Source of the DNA: Candidatus Bathyarchaeia archaeon
GTDB taxonomy: Archaea; Thermoproteota; Bathyarchaeia; Bathyarchaeales; Bathycorpusculaceae
Assembly: GCA_038883795.1 (NCBI GenBank)
Contig: JAVZLK010000001.1
Coordinates: 216,131-280,130 of the forward strand
DNA length: 64,000 nucleotides
Direction: 5' to 3'
Part shown: positions 57,997-64,000 of the stretch, piece by piece
Position numbering within the stretch: the stretch's first letter is position 1
How the letters are laid out: every line of letters begins with the position of its first letter
The notes under the pieces: generated by a model
The model's input: the letters and a program-made list of their open reading frames with translations, nothing else
What the model was told of the DNA's origin: nothing
The model's database searches: none
Position numbers and translations under genes: made by a program

Positions 57997-59091
57997 TTAA
58001 ATAATGCATCGGTGCTCTTGTATGCTTTCATAGACTTCTTTTGCTGGACAAATTAGGACGCCCTTAGCAAGCGAAACATTATCCCCTATCTTGGTATAAT
58101 CCCCAAGAATACAGCCTTCGCTTATTCTTGCCCCTTTTCCAATAGAAACATCTTCGCCAACAATTGCCCCTTTTATAGATGCATAATCGGATATTTTCGT
58201 GTTTGGAAGTATCACGGAGTTTTGTATACAAACATTTTTTCCAACACTAACATTTTTTCCTAAAATAGCGTAGGGCCCTATAACTGATTTTTCTCCTAAT
58301 AAAACGTTATCCAAAAATGCTGGTTCTTTGATTTCAACTTCACTTTTAACTTTTAATCTTTGGTGCGTAAAAAATGAGTTTAAAAGGATTTTGTTTATTT
58401 CTAAATAGTCTTCTGGCTTTCCTATATCCATCCATAACCCTTCATGAATGTAACCGTAAAGCATGCCTTTTTCTGCGAGTTTTGGAAAAACCTCACGTTC
58501 CATGGAAACCGCCCTTTTCGCTGGGATATATTCAAATATTTCTGGGCTGAAGGCATAGACACCCGCATTTATTAGCTTAGTTGGTGCTCCCTTCGGCGAT
58601 GGTTTTTCTATGAATCTTTTTATGTGATTATTTTCTGCGAGTTCTGCAACCCCATATCTGCTCGGGTCTTCGACTTTATAAAGCGCTATTGTTGCCACAG
58701 CGCCCTTTTCCTCATGCAGTTTCAAGAGTTCTATGTAATTTACGTCAGCGAATATATCTCCGTTCAAAACCAAGAAAGAAGCGTCACGCCCAATTTGTTT
58801 TTCAGCCTTTTTTATTGGTCCACCAGTTCCTAAGGGTTTTCTTACAGGGTCGCGGGAATAGGAAATGCGCACTCCATATTTTTGGATTTTTTGTTGTTTT
58901 ATTGCGATTTCTGTTTGATAATTAACCGCCATTATCGCTTCTTTAATGTTGTTTTTGGCAAGCCCTTCCAAAGTCCACTCTAACAATGGTTTATCAACTA
59001 TTGGAAAGAGAATTTTCGGTCTTGTACAGCTTAAGGGTCTTAACCTAGTGGCAAAACCACCCGCCAAAATTACTGCCTTCAAATTTTCCAC
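57997..59091 (-). CDS. NDP-sugar pyrophosphorylase (mannose-1-phosphate guanylyltransferase-like)
   Basis: ILAGGFATRLRPLS..RPK, PLGTGG, LNGDI, EKP, W.DIG.P; hexapeptide repeats. Confidence 0.92.
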   Translation of the reverse strand: MENLKAVILAGGFATRLRPLSCTRPKILFPIVDKPLLEWTLEGLAKNNIKEAIMAVNYQTEIAIKQQKIQKYGVRISYSRDPVRKPLGTGGPIKKAEKQIGRDASFLVLNGDIFADVNYIELLKLHEEKGAVATIALYKVEDPSRYGVAELAENNHIKRFIEKPSPKGAPTKLINAGVYAFSPEIFEYIPAKRAVSMEREVFPKLAEKGMLYGYIHEGLWMDIGKPEDYLEINKILLNSFFTHQRLKVKSEVEIKEPAFLDNVLLGEKSVIGPYAILGKNVSVGKNVCIQNSVILPNTKISDYASIKGAIVGEDVSIGKGARISEGCILGDYTKIGDNVSLAKGVLICPAKEVYESIQEHRCII

Positions 59092-59156
59092 CAGTTTTCA
59101 AACTTTAAACTTATATTCAATTTTCTTTTAATATAAGCGATTTAAAAGGTGAACCT

Positions 59157-59915
59157 ATGAAAGTTTTGCTTCATGAAATGAGTTGGACTGAAGCAGAGGA
59201 GTATTTTGCAAAAAATGACGTTGCCCTCATCCCCATCGGCTCGACTGAACAGCACGGACCCCAAAACCCTCTTGGAACAGACCATTTGATTGCTAAGGCT
59301 TTGGCTGAAGAAACCGCAAAACGGACGGGTGTTATTTGTTTGCCCGTTATTCCCTTTGGCGTAAGCTCCCATCATAGACAGTTTTGGGGAACAATTCACG
59401 TATCACCGAAAACCCTTAAAGAGTATGTGAAGGAAATATGCCTAGCCCTTAATTATTATGGCATAAAGAAAATAATCATCGTTAATGGGCATGGCGGAAA
59501 CTTGAATGCCTTGGCGGAAGCGGCTAGAGAACTCAGAGAAAAAGGAATTTTCATATCCATTTTTCAATGGTGGCCAGCAGCAAGCAAGCTTTTGCCAGAA
59601 ATTTTTAAACCTGAGGAAAGGGGGCATGCTGGCGCAGAGGAAACATCTGTAAACTTGGCTTTACACCCAAAACTTGTGAATATGAGAAAGGCGGTAGATG
59701 AAGAACCACGAAAGCATTTAGCACAAGCAGAAGGCGTAACTATTCCATTAGACACCATAGATTATACAAATTCTGGAGTTTTCGGCAAATCCAAAACAGC
59801 CTCAGCTGAAAAGGGGGAAAAAGTTTTAGAAGCTGTTATTGGTGAGCTGGTTAAGCATGTTAACAAGCTTAAAAAATCAAAAATTGAAGATTTGATGCAG
59901 AAATCTAAAGTTTAA
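59157..59915 (+). CDS. Creatininase family amidohydrolase
   Basis: P.GSTEQHG...P.GTD, S.HH..F.GT, NGHGGN, HAG..ETS. Confidence 0.92.
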   Translation: MKVLLHEMSWTEAEEYFAKNDVALIPIGSTEQHGPQNPLGTDHLIAKALAEETAKRTGVICLPVIPFGVSSHHRQFWGTIHVSPKTLKEYVKEICLALNYYGIKKIIIVNGHGGNLNALAEAARELREKGIFISIFQWWPAASKLLPEIFKPEERGHAGAEETSVNLALHPKLVNMRKAVDEEPRKHLAQAEGVTIPLDTIDYTNSGVFGKSKTASAEKGEKVLEAVIGELVKHVNKLKKSKIEDLMQKSKV

Positions 59916-59923
59916 ACATATTT

Positions 59924-61468
59924 TTATTCCCACTCTATTGTTGCTGGAGGCTTATGGGTTACATCGTAAACAACCCGTGTGACTTCTGGTATCTCGTTAG
60001 TTATTCTAGTCGAAATTTTCTCTAGCACTTCGTATGGGATTCTTGCAAAACTTGCAGTCATCGCCTCGCGACTTTCCACAATTCTAAGGGCAACAACGTA
60101 ACCATAGGCTCTCGCATCACCTTTAACACCTGTTGCCTTTGTGTCTGTTAGGACGGCAAAATATTGCCACAGGTTCTCTTCTAATCCGCTCTTTTCTATT
60201 TCTTCCCTCACAATCTTATCCGCTTTCTTCACAATCCTAACCTTTTCTTCCGTAAGCTCTCCAATAACCCTCACAGCCAAACCCGGACCGGGAAAAGGTT
60301 GTCGGAAAACGATTTCTTTTGGCATTTTAAGGATTTTCGCAACTTTTCTAACTTCGTCTTTATATAAGTCGCGGAGTGGTTCAACTATTTTCTTGAACTT
60401 CATTTTTGTTGGCAGTCCAGCCACATTATGGTGTGTTTTTATTTTGTCAGAAAACTTTCTAAACCCCGACTCGATTCTGTCTGGGTAAATGGTTCCTTGT
60501 ATGAGGATGTTTGCGCCTATTTTCTCTGCAATCTCCTCAAAAACCCTTATGAACTCTTCACCAATAATCTTTCTTTTCCTTTCCGGGTCTATGACTCCCT
60601 TCAGTTTTTCCAAAAACCTTCTTTGCGCATTTACCATTATCAGGTTTAATTTGAGTTTTTGAAAGGTTTTCTTCACAAACTCCGGCTCATTTTCTCTCAT
60701 GAATCCATGGTCAACGAAAACTGCTGTGAGGTTACCGTTTAACGCTTTGGCTGCTATGGCTGTTGCCACACTGGAGTCTATGCCTCCGCTGAGGGCTATT
60801 ATAGCCTTTTCATCACCTACTTCTCTTTTTACTTCATTTACCATTTTCTCTATGATATTTTCTATTTTCCAGTTGGCTTCGCATTTACAAACTTCAAATA
60901 CAAAGTTGCGGAGCATTTGCATGCCATTTTTTGTGTGAACCACTTCTGGATGCCACTGTAAGCCATAAATTGGCTTTTCTTTGTGTTTGAAGGCTGCCAC
61001 TGGACAGTTTTCTGTGTGGGCTAAAACTTCAAAATTGGCTGGAATAGCGAAAACTGTGTCGCCATGGCTCATCCAAACCTTTTCTTTTCTATTTAGCCCT
61101 TTCAAAACACCCAAAGACTTGTCAATTGTGACATAAGCTATTCCATACTCCCTCTGTTTGGCCGGCGCAACTTTTCCTCCAATCATTTGGGCTATAAGCT
61201 GATGCCCATAACATAAGCCTAAAACTGGCAATTTCAAATCGAGAATTTGCGTGTTTGGTTTTGGAGCATTTGGTTCGTAGACGCTGGCTGGTCCTCCAGA
61301 AAAGATAATTCCTTTAACATTGAATTTTTCGTTTAGAAGTTTTATTTCTCCAGGTTTTATGTCATGTGCTACTATTTCGGAGTAAACTCCAAGTTCTCTT
61401 ATTCTTCTTCCTATAAGGTGACAGTATTGTCCGCCAAAATCAAGGACAAGTATAGTATCATACTTCAT
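59924..61468 (-). CDS. guaA: GMP synthase (fused glutaminase and ATP pyrophosphatase domains)
   Basis: [44 protein letters not shown]. Confidence 0.97.
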   Translation of the reverse strand: MKYDTILVLDFGGQYCHLIGRRIRELGVYSEIVAHDIKPGEIKLLNEKFNVKGIIFSGGPASVYEPNAPKPNTQILDLKLPVLGLCYGHQLIAQMIGGKVAPAKQREYGIAYVTIDKSLGVLKGLNRKEKVWMSHGDTVFAIPANFEVLAHTENCPVAAFKHKEKPIYGLQWHPEVVHTKNGMQMLRNFVFEVCKCEANWKIENIIEKMVNEVKREVGDEKAIIALSGGIDSSVATAIAAKALNGNLTAVFVDHGFMRENEPEFVKKTFQKLKLNLIMVNAQRRFLEKLKGVIDPERKRKIIGEEFIRVFEEIAEKIGANILIQGTIYPDRIESGFRKFSDKIKTHHNVAGLPTKMKFKKIVEPLRDLYKDEVRKVAKILKMPKEIVFRQPFPGPGLAVRVIGELTEEKVRIVKKADKIVREEIEKSGLEENLWQYFAVLTDTKATGVKGDARAYGYVVALRIVESREAMTASFARIPYEVLEKISTRITNEIPEVTRVVYDVTHKPPATIEWE

Positions 61469-61503
61469 TGAGTATCATCTTTTCATCTTTAGAAAACATG
61501 TTT

Positions 61504-62892
61504 TTAGGCGTAAAGGTATTTCTGCACTTCCCAATCTGTCACTTCATTCTTGTTTTTCGGCATTTTCGGTCCATACTCTTTCCACTCTTGCATCTTAAGT
61601 TCCCTATACTTTTCTGCTATTTTTCTACCCAAAGCCCGCATGCAAATTTCATCGCTTTCCCACTCCTCTAAAGCTTCCTTTAACGATGTGGGCAAAACTT
61701 TGATTCCAAGTTTTTTGCGTTCTGCCTCGCTGAGATGATAAACGTTCACTTCCACAGGATCTCCAGGCTCAATTTTCTTTTTAATTCCATCCAATCCAGC
61801 CTCAAAGATTGCCGAATATGCCAAGTAAGGATTACAAAGCGGGTCTGGACATCTAAACTCCACTCTGGCTTCTGCCTCTTTTCCAGGAAAATACTCTGGT
61901 ACTCTTATGAGGGCTGAACGGTTCCTCTTACTCCAAGTAACATAAACTGGGGCTTCATAACCAGGCACAAGTCTCTTGTAACTATTAACTGTGGGCGCTA
62001 CTATTGCGCTGAGGGCTCTGGCATGTTCTAAAATGCCGCCTATGAAATATCTGCACTTCTGCGAAATATAGGCGTAACCTTTAGGGTCGTAGAAGACATT
62101 TTTTTCTGTTTTTGCGTTGAAAAGTCCTAAATGAACATGCATTCCATTGCCCGCTCTCCCAAACCATGGTTTAGGCATGAAAGTAGCTATCCAACCATAT
62201 TTTTTGTCCGCCACAGCCTTTGCTGCAAACTTGTATCGAATGATGTTGTCTGATGTGGTTTTTGGATCTGAATATGTGAATGTTATCTCATTTTGGGCTG
62301 AACCAACTTCATGGTGCATTCGCTCCACATTAATTCCCATGATGGATAAAACATTGGATAAGTCCATCCGATAAGCTTCTGTAAGGTCCCGACCGGGCGC
62401 TATATCAAAATATCTTTGTTTATCCGCAATGTGACTTTCAACTGGGTTAATCTCGCCTTTCGCATTTTTCTGTACAAGATAAAATTCCAATTCGGCAGCC
62501 GCACTTGGTTTATACTCTTCCAGCGCCATTTTTTCTATAGTTTTTTGGCAAATGAGTCTTGGGTCGCCATCAAAGGGTTCTCCATCGGGTTTGTATATGT
62601 TGCAGATGAAGCTTACAACGCCTTTATCATAAAAATAGTAAGGGCAAACAGCAAAAGTTGATGGGTCCGCCCGTAAAAGCATGTCGCTTTCTTCTATGCC
62701 TACTCCACCCATAATGGAGGAACCATCAAAGCCTATGCCTTCTGTTAAAGCGTTTTCTGCTTCTTCCACTGGGATGGTTCTGCCTTTAAGGGCTCCCAGA
62801 ATATCTGTAAAGTGAAGCAGGACATAATCGGCATTTTTCATAAGCTTAAGATACGTGTCAAAATTTTGCATGAGTTTTGCTTTTCTTCGCAT
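61504..62892 (-). CDS. glnA: Glutamine synthetase type I
   Basis: GFDGSSI, ELEFY, HHEV...Q.EI, ATFMPKP...GNGMH.H, NSYKRLVPG.EAP, RSALIRVP, R.EFR.PDP..NPY. Confidence 0.96.
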   Translation of the reverse strand: MRRKAKLMQNFDTYLKLMKNADYVLLHFTDILGALKGRTIPVEEAENALTEGIGFDGSSIMGGVGIEESDMLLRADPSTFAVCPYYFYDKGVVSFICNIYKPDGEPFDGDPRLICQKTIEKMALEEYKPSAAAELEFYLVQKNAKGEINPVESHIADKQRYFDIAPGRDLTEAYRMDLSNVLSIMGINVERMHHEVGSAQNEITFTYSDPKTTSDNIIRYKFAAKAVADKKYGWIATFMPKPWFGRAGNGMHVHLGLFNAKTEKNVFYDPKGYAYISQKCRYFIGGILEHARALSAIVAPTVNSYKRLVPGYEAPVYVTWSKRNRSALIRVPEYFPGKEAEARVEFRCPDPLCNPYLAYSAIFEAGLDGIKKKIEPGDPVEVNVYHLSEAERKKLGIKVLPTSLKEALEEWESDEICMRALGRKIAEKYRELKMQEWKEYGPKMPKNKNEVTDWEVQKYLYA

Positions 62893-63023
62893 TTAGCCAC
62901 CTCTATGAAGCAAGTTTACAGTAAAATGCATTACTTTAATAAATATAAAAGTTTTATTGACAAAAATTAGAGCAAATGTTAAATAAATCAACTATTATCT
63001 GAATAAATGTGTTATATGAGGTG

Positions 63024-63473
63024 ATGAAAATGCAACTAGACGAAACAAGTGTCGAAATATTAAAAGCATTAACCCTTGACGCAAGGCTTTCATCGCGGCA
63101 AATAGCCAAAAAGTGTAAAAAATCCGTAAGCACCGTTTTGGCACGGATAAAGAAAATGGAAGAAGACGGCATTATAAAGGGTTATTCTGTTCTAATCGAC
63201 CATGAAAAAATTGGATACGAGTTAACCGTTATCACTGAATTAACAGTTTCTAAAGGAAGACTTTTAGAAGTAGAAAGCGAAATTGCAAGGCTCCCGAACG
63301 TCTGCTGCGTTTATGATGTTACAGGCCTAACTGACGCTATAGTAATTGCAAAATTTAAAACCAGAGAGGAACTGAGCAGGTTCACAAAGCGTTTGCTTTC
63401 CATACCCTATGTGGAACGCACAAACACCCATGTCGTGTTGACAACGGTGAAGGAGGACTTTCGACTAATTTAA
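63024..63473 (+). CDS. Lrp/AsnC family transcriptional regulator, divergent from glnA
   Basis: LD....IL..L..DAR.S...IA, RIKKMEEDGIIKGY, YDVTG..D, RT.THVVL. Confidence 0.93.
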   Translation: MKMQLDETSVEILKALTLDARLSSRQIAKKCKKSVSTVLARIKKMEEDGIIKGYSVLIDHEKIGYELTVITELTVSKGRLLEVESEIARLPNVCCVYDVTGLTDAIVIAKFKTREELSRFTKRLLSIPYVERTNTHVVLTTVKEDFRLI

Positions 63474-63557
63474 CCATCGCACCATTTTGCTGTAGGCTAA
63501 GTAGTAAAAGCAAGATTTAATTTTAACCATAAATTAGAAAATAAGAGAGCATCCAAA

Positions 63558-63642
63558 GCGGGGGTTGCCAAGCATGGCCAAAGGCGTAGGCCTGAGGCGC
63601 CTATCCCATAGGGGTTCGTGGGTTCAAATCCCACCCCCCGCA
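63558..63642 (+). tRNA. tRNA-Leu (anticodon GAG), intronless, CCA not encoded
   Basis: Acceptor stem GCGGGGG/CCCCCGC plus discriminator A; anticodon arm TAGGC-CTGAGGC-GCCTA; long variable arm; T arm GTGGG-TTCAAAT-CCCAC. Confidence 0.96.
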
Positions 63643-63697
63643 TCAATTTTGAAGATGGCGTGGCAATTAGAATGCTGAAAATGTTCATGTTATTTTA

Positions 63698-63739
63698 GTA
63701 AACTTCTCTTTACGAGCAGTTCAGTAAAAGTTCTTTTAC
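63698..63739. promoter_or_regulatory. Two tandem palindromes GTAAA-N6-TTTAC (63698..63713 and 63724..63739)
   Basis: GTAAACTTCTCTTTAC and GTAAAAGTTCTTTTAC, starts 26 bp apart, upstream of an ArsR-type gene. Confidence 0.6.
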
Positions 63740-63784
63740 GGGAAAACTTAATTCCATCACTTCGGCTAATACCTTTGATGGCTT

Positions 63785-64000
63785 ATGTCTGATTTGGAAG
63801 AAGATACGTATTCGATTATATTTTCGTCTCTGAAGCACCCGATTCGTCGAAATATTCTAAGAATGCTTTCTGCAAGGCCTCGAAGTTTTTCTGAAATGCA
63901 AGAAGCGTTCAAGATAGAGAGCCCTTACCTATCCTATCATTTAGAAAGCTTGGGTCCTCTTATTTTCAAGACTGATGATGGAAAATACGCATTGTCCTCT
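63785..64000 (+). CDS. ArsR-type winged helix-turn-helix protein (3'-truncated by window edge; not in the ORF track)
   Basis: Manual translation MSDLEEDTYSIIFSSLKHPIRRNILRMLSARPRSFSEMQEAFKIESPYLSYHLESLGPLIFKTDDGKYALSS; open to the window end. Confidence 0.85.
   Translation, partial: MSDLEEDTYSIIFSSLKHPIRRNILRMLSARPRSFSEMQEAFKIESPYLSYHLESLGPLIFKTDDGKYALSS

Noticed and set aside
59924-61468. Fused two-domain GuaA in an archaeon
   Set aside because: Many archaea split this enzyme, but fused forms are known in several lineages, so it is not novel on its own
63497-63688. 63-aa minus-strand ORF
   Set aside because: It is the antisense reading of tRNA-Leu (MRGVGFEPT is the typical artefact)

Overview
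This is an archaeal chromosomal window. Gene content, the dockerin-tailed solute-binding protein and the N-terminal style of the wHTH protein suggest TACK, most likely Bathyarchaeia; the taxonomy is my inference. Most of the window is core information processing: ksgA, uL16, ppsA, dph2, csl4, rpoL, tfs, PCNA, priL, priS, GINS15, eL42, eS27, aIF2a, nop10, MCM/GINS23, RFC, tyw1, trm5/trm112, rpoP, guaA, glnA and tRNA-Leu(GAG). An AT-rich glycosylation island (Dol-P-sugar synthase, three GT4, two DUF2079) and an archaeosortase interrupt the replication/translation cluster. The strongest candidate for an undescribed system is a five-gene glutamate/nitrogen module at 30.4-38.2 kb. It holds a normal GDH, an atypical FMN glutamate-synthase-like protein, a catalytically degenerate KaiC/RAD55-like protein, a second GDH with a ~170-aa tandem-repeat N-terminal extension, and an RHH regulator with V4R/MetOD1-like domains. 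Two of its intergenic regions carry TG(T/A)ACA-N4-TGTACA boxes and a third carries half-sites. The two gdh genes share an 84-bp near-perfect inverted repeat. Other notable items are a translin-EndoV-HD-Trbp run, a nucleotide-sugar dehydrogenase pseudoenzyme, and tandem palindromic operators before a partial ArsR-type gene at the window end. All family calls come from motif recognition; no searches were run.
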